From Flavobacteriales bacterium (GTDB lineage: Bacteria > Bacteroidota > Bacteroidia > Flavobacteriales_F > PHOS-HE28): 40,149 bases of DNA. The stretch covers positions 1 through 40,149 of the forward strand of contig JBEICT010000003.1 of NCBI GenBank assembly GCA_040383865.1, read 5' to 3'. Shown in pieces: positions 16,629-26,077 of the stretch. Both the position numbers and the translations under genes were made by a program. The notes below the pieces were generated by a model that was not told the origin of the DNA, ran no database searches, and was given only the letters and a program-made list of their open reading frames with translations. Each line of letters begins with the position of its first letter. Position 1 is the stretch's first letter.

Positions 16629-18037
16629 GTGCCTGTCCGTGGGGCGATGCCCGACCAAGATACGCGGCCCGATCGGGGTTGTTGTGTACGGATGCGCCAA
16701 GCATCAGGCCAGCCGTTGTTCCAGCGGTTGCCGGCACCATGCGCCCAGCCCAGTGGAATGCTGGCGTAGATCACCAAGGCCTCGCCCGATGCCTCCTTCG
16801 CTGGCAGGGCCTCGCCGCGCAGGTAGGCTATGGCCTGTTGTTCGTTCACCTCCAATGTCGCGAATGCCGACCGGTCCAGTAGCAGGCTGGTGGCCAATGC
16901 CGGGTGCTGCCGTTGTCGATCGCCTTTCATGTAGCTCACCGGTGTGCCGGGCGTAAGCACGTGCATGCCGCCCAAGAGTTGGTGCACTGTTGCGGCCCAC
17001 CGCGCATCCATCGCGTAGGTGGTCTCCTGGTGAACGATGGCATGCTGTTCCACTTCCGTGAGCACGCCGTGCAAGGGCGTTGCATTGCCAATGCTCCCGA
17101 TCTCGCGCGCCGACCAGGTGCCAGCCTTGCGCATGGCGGCCACGAAGAAGCCTTCGCCTTTTATGCGGTGCGGGTAGCACCGGTGACCGATGATGCCGCT
17201 CGCCTCCACGCGCACAGCGCCCCACGCGGGGTCGAATTCCGGGTCGATGGCCGTGGCACCCAAGGCCACCAGCGCCGCCAGTTGCTCCTCGTTCTCCGAA
17301 GGCTCCCAGGTGCAGGTGCTGTACACCAATGTTCCTCCGGGGGCGAGCGCCTTCCAGGCGTGTTCCAGGATGCCGCGTTGGGTGGTGGCACATTGCCGCA
17401 CCAGTTCCCTTGACCATTGCTCGCGCGCGAACGGGTCCTTGCGGAACATGCCTTCGCCGGAGCAGGGCGCGTCCAGCACGATCAGGTCGAAAAGGCCTTC
17501 CACGCGTTCGAGGTCCGACGGGTCGCTGTTGCTCACCACCACATTGGGAAGGCCCCACTTCCACAGGTTCTCCTGCAGGACCCCGGCCCTGCGGCGATCG
17601 ATCTCGTTGGCCACCAACAGGCTGCCCGGCGTGAGCAGGCTGCGAAGGTGTGTGCTCTTGCCGCCCGGTGCAGCACAGAGGTCCAGGGCGATAAGGTCGT
17701 GCTGCAGCATGCCGCTGGCCTTCAGCACGGGTTCCAGCAGCATGGAGGAGGCTTCCTGCACATAGTAGGCACCGGCGTGCAACAGCGGATCGAAGGTGAA
17801 GGCTGGGCGCTCTGGAAGGTAGTATCCCGTGGCGCACCACGGCACACGTTCGGCCGCGGGCCTCAAGGGTTTGTAAGGATTCACCCGGATGCTGACGGGC
17901 GAGGGGGCTGATAGCGACCGTTCAAGCGCATCCAGTTCATCACCCACCAGGGGAGCCAGTGTGGTGCGCAGTTCATCGGGCAGCCCGGTGGAGGGGGCGG
18001 TGTTCCGCGACGGTCGCCAGGCCTTGGACCTGTTCAT
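16622..18037 (-). CDS. RsmB/RsmF (NOL1/NOP2/Sun) rRNA cytosine-C5 methyltransferase
   Basis: YYVQEASSM, DLCAAPGGKST, DAPCSGEG, YSTCT, GEGFF and C-terminal YLRGE domain. Confidence 0.9.
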   Translation of the reverse strand: MNRSKAWRPSRNTAPSTGLPDELRTTLAPLVGDELDALERSLSAPSPVSIRVNPYKPLRPAAERVPWCATGYYLPERPAFTFDPLLHAGAYYVQEASSMLLEPVLKASGMLQHDLIALDLCAAPGGKSTHLRSLLTPGSLLVANEIDRRRAGVLQENLWKWGLPNVVVSNSDPSDLERVEGLFDLIVLDAPCSGEGMFRKDPFAREQWSRELVRQCATTQRGILEHAWKALAPGGTLVYSTCTWEPSENEEQLAALVALGATAIDPEFDPAWGAVRVEASGIIGHRCYPHRIKGEGFFVAAMRKAGTWSAREIGSIGNATPLHGVLTEVEQHAIVHQETTYAMDARWAATVHQLLGGMHVLTPGTPVSYMKGDRQRQHPALATSLLLDRSAFATLEVNEQQAIAYLRGEALPAKEASGEALVIYASIPLGWAHGAGNRWNNGWPDAWRIRTQQPRSGRVSWSGIAPRTGTW

Positions 18038-18045
18038 GCCGCCGT

Positions 18046-19320
18046 TCAGTGCACCAATGCGCCCTTGCGGAGCACGGTCTGTGCCCGATCGGGACCCAAT
18101 GATACCAGCGTGATGGGGACGCCCACGGCCTGTTCGATCCTCGCCATGTAACGCTCCAGTGCCGGTGGTAGCGGTGCCTCGTGGTGCAGTTCGCCCCAGC
18201 CTGACATGTCCTCATACACGGGTTCAACGCCTGTGGTGATGTCGTAGGGCATGCGCTCGGTGTAGGTGCCGTTCACCTTGTAGCCGGTGCAGATCCGCAC
18301 GGTGTCCAGTCCGTTCAGCACATCGGCCTTCATCATGGCCAGCTCGGTGATGCCGTTGATCATTACGGCGTAGTGCAGCGCGGGCAGGTCCAGCCAACCG
18401 CAGCGGCGTGCTCGACCGGTGGTGCTGCCGAACTCGTGCCCGGCCTTGCGGATCTGCTCGCCCATGTCGTCATCCAGTTCGGTGGGGAAGGGACCACTGC
18501 CCACGCGGGTGCAGTAGGCCTTGAAGATCCCGGTAACGACGCCAATGCGATTGGGTGCCACGCCGAGGCCGGTGGAAGCGCCTGCGCAAATGGTGTTGCT
18601 GCTGGTGACAAAGGGGTAGGTGCCGAAATCAATGTCGAGCAGGGTGCCTTGTGCACCCTCGGCCAGCACACGCTTGCCTTGGCGCAGGGCCTGGTCCAGG
18701 TAGTGCTCGCTGTCCACCAGTTGCAGTTCGCGCAGCGTGCGTGCGGCATCCAGCCATTCGGCCTCGGCCTGTGCATCGGCACCTGGCTGTCCGTGCATGG
18801 CGAGCAGACGTTCATGTTTGCGCTTCAGCTGGGTGTAGCGGTCCATCAGGTCGTGCCGTTCCAGATCGCCCACGCGAAGGCCATTTCGGCCGGTCTTGTC
18901 CATGTACGTGGGGCCGATGCCCTTGAGCGTGCTGCCGATCTTGGCCTTGCCTTTCTCGGCCTCACTGGCGGCGTCCAACGCGCGGTGCGTGGGCAGGATC
19001 AGGTGTGCGCGGCGCGAAACGAGGAGGGTGGGCCTCACATCCACACCGGCATCGTCCAGGGCCTTCAGTTCCTTGAGGAAAATGATGGGGTCGATGACCA
19101 CGCCATTGCCCACCAGGTTGATGGTGCCTTCGCGGAACACGCCGCTGGGGATGGTGTGGAGCACGTGCTTGTGCCCCTCGAAGATCAGCGTATGGCCGGC
19201 GTTGGGGCCACCTTGGAATCGCGCGATCACCTCGTACTGGGGGGCGATCACGTCCACCACCTTGCCTTTGCCCTCATCGCCCCATTGGGCGCCGAGCAAT
19301 ACGTCCATGCGGGCGGCCAT
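18046..19320 (-). CDS. purA: adenylosuccinate synthetase
   Basis: GAQWGDEGKGK, RFQGGPNAGHT, EGAQG, GTYPFVTSS, TTGRARRCGWLD. Confidence 0.98.
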   Translation of the reverse strand: MAARMDVLLGAQWGDEGKGKVVDVIAPQYEVIARFQGGPNAGHTLIFEGHKHVLHTIPSGVFREGTINLVGNGVVIDPIIFLKELKALDDAGVDVRPTLLVSRRAHLILPTHRALDAASEAEKGKAKIGSTLKGIGPTYMDKTGRNGLRVGDLERHDLMDRYTQLKRKHERLLAMHGQPGADAQAEAEWLDAARTLRELQLVDSEHYLDQALRQGKRVLAEGAQGTLLDIDFGTYPFVTSSNTICAGASTGLGVAPNRIGVVTGIFKAYCTRVGSGPFPTELDDDMGEQIRKAGHEFGSTTGRARRCGWLDLPALHYAVMINGITELAMMKADVLNGLDTVRICTGYKVNGTYTERMPYDITTGVEPVYEDMSGWGELHHEAPLPPALERYMARIEQAVGVPITLVSLGPDRAQTVLRKGALVH

Positions 19321-19325
19321 GCGGA

Positions 19326-19691
19326 TCAGGCGCCCACCTTGGCCACGGCCTCGGCGACCGTGGGGGTGATGATGAACACCGTGTCCAGCTTGGTCACGAT
19401 GAAGAGCTGACGCACGCTGTGCGAAACGGCCGCGAGCAGGGTGTCGCCGCCAGCGTTGCGGGTGCGGGTGAGCACGTTGATCAGGATGTTCAGCCCCGTG
19501 CTGTTCATGTACTGCAGGTCGCCCATGTCGAGCACCACGGTACTGGTGCCATCGGCGAGTTCGTCCTCCAGGGTGCTCATTAGGCGGTCGGCCTGTTGCT
19601 GGTCCATTAGGCGGCCGTGGAGGTGGAACACCTTGCAGTGTTGTTCCTTGGTCACGGACAGGTCAAAGGGGAGGCGTTCGGTCACGTTCAT
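19326..19691 (-). CDS. STAS domain anti-sigma-factor antagonist
   Basis: VLDMGDLQYMNSTGL (phospho-Ser site), LFIVTKLDTVF; ATGA overlap with upstream fur-family gene. Confidence 0.9.
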   Translation of the reverse strand: MNVTERLPFDLSVTKEQHCKVFHLHGRLMDQQQADRLMSTLEDELADGTSTVVLDMGDLQYMNSTGLNILINVLTRTRNAGGDTLLAAVSHSVRQLFIVTKLDTVFIITPTVAEAVAKVGA

Positions 19692-20149
19692 GGGGCGTTA
19701 CGTTCATTGCGGCAGGCGCTGCAGATGCCGTGGATCAGCAGGGCATGGTGGGTCACTTGGAAGTCCATCACCTCGGACACGGTGTTGCGTACCTGCTGAA
19801 TGCGCGGGTCGCAGAACTCCTGCACCTTGCCGCAGCGGTCGCACACGGCATGGTCGTGCTGGTGGTAGGCGTGGGCCTTTTCGAACTGGGCCTGGGTGCC
19901 GTTGAAGCGGTGGCGTCGCACCAGATCGCAGTCCAGCAGCAGTTCCATGGTGTTGTAGAGGGTGGCGCGGCTCACTCGGTAGTTCTTCGACTTCATACGA
20001 CCGTAAAGCCGCTCGATGTCGAAGTGTCCGTCCTGGGCATAGATCTCCGTGAGTATGGCGAAACGTTCGGGCGTTTTCCGGTGCCCCTTGCGTTCCAGGT
20101 ACTCGCTGAAGATCTGCCGGACGTTCTCGCGTTGTTCGGCCACGGACAT
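19688..20149 (-). CDS. Fur family transcriptional regulator
   Basis: RKTPER, VSRATLYNT, HQHDHAVCDRC and C-terminal CSAC. Confidence 0.92.
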   Translation of the reverse strand: MSVAEQRENVRQIFSEYLERKGHRKTPERFAILTEIYAQDGHFDIERLYGRMKSKNYRVSRATLYNTMELLLDCDLVRRHRFNGTQAQFEKAHAYHQHDHAVCDRCGKVQEFCDPRIQQVRNTVSEVMDFQVTHHALLIHGICSACRNERNAP

Positions 20150-20153
20150 GGTG

Positions 20154-20161
20154 CAAATGTA
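20154..20161 (-). promoter_or_regulatory. Bacteroidota -7 promoter element
   Basis: TACATTTG, exact TAnnTTTG match, 4 nt before the fur-family ATG. Confidence 0.65.
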
Positions 20162-20207
20162 CACGCCACGGGGGAGGCGAACGAAGCCCTTTTCCGTTCG
20201 TGCAGGT

Positions 20208-22475
20208 TCAGTGGTCCACGCGCTCCACGATCCTTACGCCACGCACGCGCTTAAGCTTGTCCATCAGGGCGTTCAGGTGGTCCGTGTCATGCACGTAGGC
20301 CTTCACCTTTCCTTCGAAGATGCCGTCATGGCTTTCGAAGCTGATGGCACGCATGTTCACGTTGTGCTCGTGACTGATGATGGTGGTGATCTTGTTCACC
20401 AGGCCCACATCATCGATCCCGCTGAAGCGCAACCCTGCCAGGAACTCAACGCTGTCCTTGCCCTTCCAGCGGGCCTTCACGATCCGGTAGGCGAAGTTGC
20501 TCATCAACTGCACGGCGTTGGGGCAGTTCACGCGGTGGATCTTGATGCCTTCGTTGAGGGTGATGAAGCCGAAGACATCGTCGCCGGCAATGGGATTGCA
20601 GCAGGGACTGAGGTTGTAATCGATCTTCTGCAGGTCGTCGCCGATGAGCAGTGCGCTGTTCTTGTCGCCGCGGATCTCGGCCACCACTTCCTCGAGGGTG
20701 CGTTCATCGGGGGCGTGTTTCACCTTGGGTAGGACCAGCCGTCCGTTCTTCACCTGCACCACCTGGCCGGTGCCCCCGTCGCCGATGTCCTCGAGCACGT
20801 GCTTGCCGCGGGCCACCTGGTAGTAGAGGTCCATGGCCGAGGTGGCGCGGAAGTAGGCGATGAGCAGGTTGATGTTGGCCGCATCGACCTTGGCTCCCCA
20901 TTTGCGCAATTGGCGTTGCACCGCCTCACGTCCCACCACGGCCAGCTTTTTCTTCTGGTCGCGCAGGGCCTGCTTGATCTTGTGGCGGGCCTTGGCCGTG
21001 GCCACGTAATTCAGCCAATCCTCTTTGGGCTGTTGTTTCTTGGAGGTGATGATCTCGATCTGGTCCCCACTCCGCAGGGGCTGGCTTAGCGGCACCAGCT
21101 TGTGGTTCACCTTGGCACCGATGCACTGGCGGCCCACCTGGCTGTGGATGTCGAAGGCGAAGTCGAGCGCGGTGGCCCCGGCGGGCAGGCTGCGCATGTC
21201 GCCCTGCGGGGTGAACACCACGATCTCGTCGCTGAAGAGGTTCAGCTTGAAGTCGTTGACGAAATCGAGCGCGTTGGTGCTGGGGTCGTCCAGCACTTCG
21301 CGGATGCGGTTGAGCCAGGCATCAAGGGCTGAGGCATGATCGCCCTCATCCTTGTAGCGATAGTGCGCGGCCAGGCCCATCTCGGCCACTTCGTCCATGC
21401 GTAGGCTGCGGATCTGCACTTCCACCCATCTCCCACCAGGGCTCATCACTGTTGTATGCAGGCTTTCGTACCCGTTGGCCTTCGGAATGCTGATCCAGTC
21501 GCGCAACCGGTCGGGGTTGGGCTGGTAGTAGTCGGTCACAATGCTGTACACCTTCCAGCAGTCGGCCTTTTCCAGCTCGGGCCGGCTGTTCAGGATGATG
21601 CGGATGGCGAACACGTCGTACACTTCCTCGAAGGTGACATGCTTCTTGAGCATCTTGTTGTAGATGCTGTGAACGCTCTTGGGCCGCCCTTTGATCTCGT
21701 AGGCCAGTCCCTCGCGGTCCAGCGCCTGCTTGATGGGTAGGATGAAGCGGCTGATGAAGCGCTTGCGCACGGCCTCGCCCTTCTTCAGTTTCAGGCTGAT
21801 CTCGTCATACACGGCCGGCTCCTTGAACTTCAGGGAGAGGTCCTCGAGCTCGGTCTTGATGTTGTAGAGGCCCAACCGGTGGGCGAGCGGTGCATAGAGG
21901 AAGAGCGTTTCGCTGGCGATCTTCAATTGCTTGTCGCGCGCCATACTGTCCAGCGTGCGCATGTTGTGCAGACGGTCGGCCAGCTTCACCAGGATCACGC
22001 GCACGTCCTGTGCAAGGGTCAGCAGCACCTTGCGGAAGTTCTCGGCCTGGATGCTGTCCGTGCCGAACTGGAGTCCACTGATCTTCGTGAGCCCGTCGAT
22101 GATGGTGGCCACCGTGGGACCGAACAGGTCCTTCACGTCATCCAAGGTGAGGTCGGTGTCCTCCACCGTATCGTGAAGCAGCGCGGCCACAACGCTCGTG
22201 GCGCCCAGCCCGATCTCCTCGGCACAGATGCGCGCCACGGCGATCGGGTGGTAGATGTAGGGTTCGCCGCTCTTGCGCCGCTGTTCCTTGTGGGCCTCCA
22301 CCGCGATGTTGAAGGCCTTGCGGATCATCCGGTTCTCCTCGGCGGTGCGCTCGCCCTTGATGGCGCGCAACAGGCCGCGGTATCGTCGCAGGATCTCGGC
22401 CCGCTCTTTCACCAGGTCGATCTCGGGGTGTTTGGCCAAGGGCTTTTCCGCTCCTGCGTTCTGCACGGTGCTCAT
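20208..22475 (-). CDS. relA: bifunctional (p)ppGpp synthetase/hydrolase, long RSH
   Basis: RKSGEPY, LHDTVED (intact HD), KLADRLHNMRT, GRPKS, NGYESLHT, EVQIRS, TGS, CC and ACT domains; relA/spoT family. Confidence 0.95.
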   Translation of the reverse strand: MSTVQNAGAEKPLAKHPEIDLVKERAEILRRYRGLLRAIKGERTAEENRMIRKAFNIAVEAHKEQRRKSGEPYIYHPIAVARICAEEIGLGATSVVAALLHDTVEDTDLTLDDVKDLFGPTVATIIDGLTKISGLQFGTDSIQAENFRKVLLTLAQDVRVILVKLADRLHNMRTLDSMARDKQLKIASETLFLYAPLAHRLGLYNIKTELEDLSLKFKEPAVYDEISLKLKKGEAVRKRFISRFILPIKQALDREGLAYEIKGRPKSVHSIYNKMLKKHVTFEEVYDVFAIRIILNSRPELEKADCWKVYSIVTDYYQPNPDRLRDWISIPKANGYESLHTTVMSPGGRWVEVQIRSLRMDEVAEMGLAAHYRYKDEGDHASALDAWLNRIREVLDDPSTNALDFVNDFKLNLFSDEIVVFTPQGDMRSLPAGATALDFAFDIHSQVGRQCIGAKVNHKLVPLSQPLRSGDQIEIITSKKQQPKEDWLNYVATAKARHKIKQALRDQKKKLAVVGREAVQRQLRKWGAKVDAANINLLIAYFRATSAMDLYYQVARGKHVLEDIGDGGTGQVVQVKNGRLVLPKVKHAPDERTLEEVVAEIRGDKNSALLIGDDLQKIDYNLSPCCNPIAGDDVFGFITLNEGIKIHRVNCPNAVQLMSNFAYRIVKARWKGKDSVEFLAGLRFSGIDDVGLVNKITTIISHEHNVNMRAISFESHDGIFEGKVKAYVHDTDHLNALMDKLKRVRGVRIVERVDH

Positions 22476-22503
22476 TCTCCGCGAAAGTTAGGTCGCTACA
22501 GCA

Positions 22504-23778
22504 CTAGATCGCGGGCAGCACTTTGCCGGCCACCTCGCCGAAGCCGATGCGCACGCCATCCTTCACGCAGTGACCGCGCATCACCAGGGTGTCGCCGTCC
22601 TGCAGGAATTTCCGCTCGGTGCCGTCGTGCATGGTCAGTGGCTTGGTTCCTTTCCAGGTCAGTTCCAATAGGCTGCCATAGCTGTCGGGCGTGTCGCCGC
22701 TGATGGTGCCACTGGCCATCACATCGCCACAGCGCACGTTGCAGCCGTTCACCGTGTGGTGCGCCAACTGCTGGGCCATGCTCCAGTACAGGTGCTTGAA
22801 GTTGCTGCGGCAGATGGTGGTCTCGCGGCCATCGGGTGTGGCAATGGCGGCCTCCAGCGCAATGTCGAAGTGGCGCGCGCCGTTCTGTTGCAGGTAGGGC
22901 AGCACGGGCGGGTCCTGCACAGGTGAAGCGGTGCGGAAGGGCTCGAGCGCGTCGAGGGTCACCACCCAGGGGCTCATGCTGCTGCCGAAGTTCTTGCCCA
23001 GAAAGGGGCCCAGCGGCACATATTCCCATGCCTGTATGTCGCGGGCGCTCCAGTCGTTGAAGAGCACCAGCCCGAAGATCTTGTCCTCAGCTTCCGCAGT
23101 GGTGATGTGCTGGCCCAAGGTGTTGCCTTCGAAGGTGATGAAGGCCACCTCGAGCTCCATGTCCAACTGGCGCGTGGGGCCGAACTCGGGAGCGGCATCG
23201 GGCGCAGGTTTATACTGGCCCTTGGGACGGTGGATCGCGGTGCCGCTCACAACGATGCTGCTGGCGCGGCCATGGTAGCCCACGGGCAGGTGCAGCCAGT
23301 TGGGCAGCAGGGCGTTGGCCGGGTCGCGAAACATGCAGCCCACGTTGTAGGCATGCTGGCGGCTGCTGTAGAAATCGGTGTAGTCGCCGATGCGCACGGG
23401 CAGGTGCAGGGTCACTTGGTCGGCGGGCAGCAGGGCATCCTCGCGCAGGCTATTGTTGTCGCGGAAGGTGGGGTTGTCGTGGCGCAGTAGTTCGCTCAGG
23501 CGTTGGCGCAGGGCGCGCACCGCCGTGCGTCCCCCGGCCATCAGGTCGTTCAGTTGCGGTGCCATTAAGGCTTCGCGCGCAATGCCCAGGCCATCGAGCA
23601 GACCGGCCTCGGCCAGCACGCTCAGGTCCACTACGCGGTCGCCGATGCGCGTTACGGGCACGGGCGGTTCCCCGTTCCAGCTACCCATGCCGAAGGGCAG
23701 GTTCTGGATGGGGAAGTCGCTGTCAGTGGCAACGGGGATCCAGGAGCGCAGTGCGGGGTCGTTGGCGGGCAGGTGCAT
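22504..23778 (-). CDS. fahA: fumarylacetoacetase
   Basis: DFPIQNLPFG, GDYTDFYSS, PVGYHGRASS, LDMELE, NDWSARDIQAWEYVPLGPF, SGTISG. Confidence 0.95.
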   Translation of the reverse strand: MHLPANDPALRSWIPVATDSDFPIQNLPFGMGSWNGEPPVPVTRIGDRVVDLSVLAEAGLLDGLGIAREALMAPQLNDLMAGGRTAVRALRQRLSELLRHDNPTFRDNNSLREDALLPADQVTLHLPVRIGDYTDFYSSRQHAYNVGCMFRDPANALLPNWLHLPVGYHGRASSIVVSGTAIHRPKGQYKPAPDAAPEFGPTRQLDMELEVAFITFEGNTLGQHITTAEAEDKIFGLVLFNDWSARDIQAWEYVPLGPFLGKNFGSSMSPWVVTLDALEPFRTASPVQDPPVLPYLQQNGARHFDIALEAAIATPDGRETTICRSNFKHLYWSMAQQLAHHTVNGCNVRCGDVMASGTISGDTPDSYGSLLELTWKGTKPLTMHDGTERKFLQDGDTLVMRGHCVKDGVRIGFGEVAGKVLPAI

Positions 23779-23803
23779 ACCGCAAAGGTGCGAAGACCCT
23801 CGC

Positions 23804-24313
23804 TCACGGACAGACGATCAGCAGATCGTTGGTGGGCAACAGCTCACCGCAGCGCCTGGGGTCCAGCATGTCCGGGCTTACCAAGGTGATGCCGGCGGGC
23901 AGGCAGTCGGTGCCAGGGTGGCGCACCACACGCAACGGTGCTGTTAGTCGAAGGATGTTCCCCGAGGTGGTGGTGGCCTGCACGCTTACCAGGTAAATGC
24001 CGCTGGGGGCCACGGTGCCATCGGCCAGCCGGCCATCCCACCCGCCAAAGCCCGTGTGGCTGAACACCGGCCGCAGCTGGGAATCGCGAACGCCGAACTG
24101 CACGGCGGTCACGTTGTAGGTGATCGGGATGAATTGGTCATTGATGCCATCCCAATTGCTGGTGATCACGTTGGGCACCATCAGGCAGGCGCTGTCCACC
24201 TGTGTGTGCCACGCATGGTCCGCGGCCATGGGCGACGTGTGGTCCGGCAGGCAACCCACGAGGCCGATCACCAGCACGAACAGCAGGGGCAGCGCAGTAC
24301 GGGTCCGGAACAT
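23804..24313 (-). CDS. lipoprotein with CHU_C / T9SS type B CTD-like domain
   Basis: lipobox LVGC; VPNVITSNWDGINDQF...GWDG...PSGIY; Cys-containing extension after the domain. Confidence 0.7.
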   Translation of the reverse strand: MFRTRTALPLLFVLVIGLVGCLPDHTSPMAADHAWHTQVDSACLMVPNVITSNWDGINDQFIPITYNVTAVQFGVRDSQLRPVFSHTGFGGWDGRLADGTVAPSGIYLVSVQATTTSGNILRLTAPLRVVRHPGTDCLPAGITLVSPDMLDPRRCGELLPTNDLLIVCP

Positions 24314-24339
24314 GGTCCCGAAGCTACGCGGAACGACCC

Positions 24340-25179
24340 TTACTGTGCGGGCGTTGCCTTCGCCTTTCCCCCACCGAAGCCGAACTGTCCGCCCAGCACC
24401 AGCGCGTTCTGCACGAACCAGAAGTGTTGGCTGGCCTGGTCCTCGTCCGTACCGGTGGTGAGCACATGCGGCAGGTCGATCCAGCCGCCACGCAGCGTGT
24501 TGCGAATGAAAAGGTGGCGCAGGAAGGTGAAGTGCAGGCCCAGTTGCGCGCCCACACCAATGCCGGCGATGTTGAACCGGTTGTTGATGCCTTCACCAAA
24601 GAGCCTTACATCGGTGCGGGGGATCACCGGACCGGCGTGCATGCCCTCGAACACGCGCAGCCGGAAACGGCCGTCGGACGTGGACCACAGCGCATCATAG
24701 TGGTCCACATCGATGCAGAGGAGGTTGAGGCCGTCGGTGTGCTCGTAGGTCAGGAAGTCGGTGGTCAGCTTCACGTCGTTGCTGCCTTCCTGCGTGGCGT
24801 ATTGCGGCGAACAGCTTTCGTTCACGTAGCCGTCCATGCGCACGGTCTGGTCGGCCTGCATCACGTACTTCATGTGGTCCAGGCCCAGGGAAATGCTCCA
24901 GTTATCCTTGAAGTACCAGCCCAGCCGATAGTTGTACTGGGGGATCCAGATGCTGGAGGGTGAGAAGTAGACCGATGTCGAGAAGTCGCTGGGCCGGTCA
25001 CTGGCCGCTACATGGCGCAACGTGAAGTCGTAGTCGGGGCCTTTCAGGTGTATGTCGCTCCAGCTGTACCACGCGCGGTTGTAGCCCCAGTAGGCGAAAA
25101 AGCGGCCCTTGTCGTGCTGTGCGTTCACCAGGCTGGTCAATGACGGCACGAGGAGCAGGAGGAGCAGCGTGCGGCGCAT
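24340..25179 (-). CDS. conserved outer-membrane beta-barrel-like protein
   Basis: signal peptide; YWGYNRAWYS.SDI, IPQYNYRLG, DHMKY, YEHTDGLN motifs; terminal strand LVLGGQF. Confidence 0.7.
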   Translation of the reverse strand: MRRTLLLLLLVPSLTSLVNAQHDKGRFFAYWGYNRAWYSWSDIHLKGPDYDFTLRHVAASDRPSDFSTSVYFSPSSIWIPQYNYRLGWYFKDNWSISLGLDHMKYVMQADQTVRMDGYVNESCSPQYATQEGSNDVKLTTDFLTYEHTDGLNLLCIDVDHYDALWSTSDGRFRLRVFEGMHAGPVIPRTDVRLFGEGINNRFNIAGIGVGAQLGLHFTFLRHLFIRNTLRGGWIDLPHVLTTGTDEDQASQHFWFVQNALVLGGQFGFGGGKAKATPAQ

Positions 25180-25182
25180 GGC

Positions 25183-25626
25183 TCAGGTCCAGCTGAAATC
25201 GGCGGTGCGGGGCAGGTGGTCCAGCGCGTCCACGGCCAGTTCCGGTGGCGTGGTCAATTTGCGCAGACGGGTGTCGATCCAAGCGCCCTCCACGATGAGC
25301 GAGGCGCAAAACGTGCCATCGGCCTTGGTGAAGGTGTGAGCGAAGGAGAACCGGGCATGGTCGCGGGAGAGGCCGCGAAGCGACAGGTCCACGTAGACCT
25401 CATCGTGCAGCCCGATCTCGCGACGGAAGGTGCACTCCTCCCGGAAGATCACCGGGCCGAGGTGTTGCTCTTTCATCAGCGTCATGGTGATGCCCACACT
25501 GGCCAGGGCCTCCATGCGTTGCTGGGCGCACAGGTCGTAATACACGCTGTGGCGCAGGTGGAAGTTGGCATCAATGTCCGCCCAGCGCAAATTCAGCCGG
25601 GTACGGAAAGGGGAGTGGCCGTCCAT
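25183..25626 (-). CDS. acyl-CoA thioesterase (4HBT/YbgC hot-dog fold)
   Basis: RWADIDANFHLRHSVYYD, GPVIFREECTFRREI, GAWID. Confidence 0.9.
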   Translation of the reverse strand: MDGHSPFRTRLNLRWADIDANFHLRHSVYYDLCAQQRMEALASVGITMTLMKEQHLGPVIFREECTFRREIGLHDEVYVDLSLRGLSRDHARFSFAHTFTKADGTFCASLIVEGAWIDTRLRKLTTPPELAVDALDHLPRTADFSWT

Positions 25627-25633
25627 GGATGCG

Positions 25634-25641
25634 CAAAGGTA
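25634..25641 (-). promoter_or_regulatory. Bacteroidota -7 promoter element
   Basis: TACCTTTG 7 nt before thioesterase ATG. Confidence 0.6.
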
Positions 25642-25660
25642 CCGCTCACCGCCGGTGGGG

Positions 25661-26077
25661 TCATTGCGGCAGGTGGTCCTTCACTGCTCCGTAGGCCCAA
25701 GTGCCGGCAATGGCACTGGCAATGGTGACCAGGAATACCGGATGCCCGGCGCCCACCAAGGTGAACATCGGCCCCGGGCAGGCACCGGCAAGCGCCCAGC
25801 CAAGGCCGAAAATGGTACCGCCAATGATGTACCGAGGCCACGTATGCTGCTTGTCCTGGAAGAGAATGGCATTCCCGTAGAGGTCCTTCATCCGCCAGTA
25901 CTTGATGATGGCCGTACCGATGGCACCCAGCACCACGGCGCTGCCGATCACGCCATACATGTGGAAGCTCTCGAAGCGGAACATCTCCTGGATGCGGTAC
26001 CAGCTGATGACCTCCGCCTTGGTGAACATGATGCCGAACACCACGCCGAGCCCGATGAACTTGAGGTATTTCATCAT
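25661..26077 (-). CDS. YeeE/YedE family sulfur-compound transporter subunit
   Basis: WYRIQEMFRFESFHMYG, GGTIFGLGWALAGACPGP. Confidence 0.88.
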   Translation of the reverse strand: MMKYLKFIGLGVVFGIMFTKAEVISWYRIQEMFRFESFHMYGVIGSAVVLGAIGTAIIKYWRMKDLYGNAILFQDKQHTWPRYIIGGTIFGLGWALAGACPGPMFTLVGAGHPVFLVTIASAIAGTWAYGAVKDHLPQ

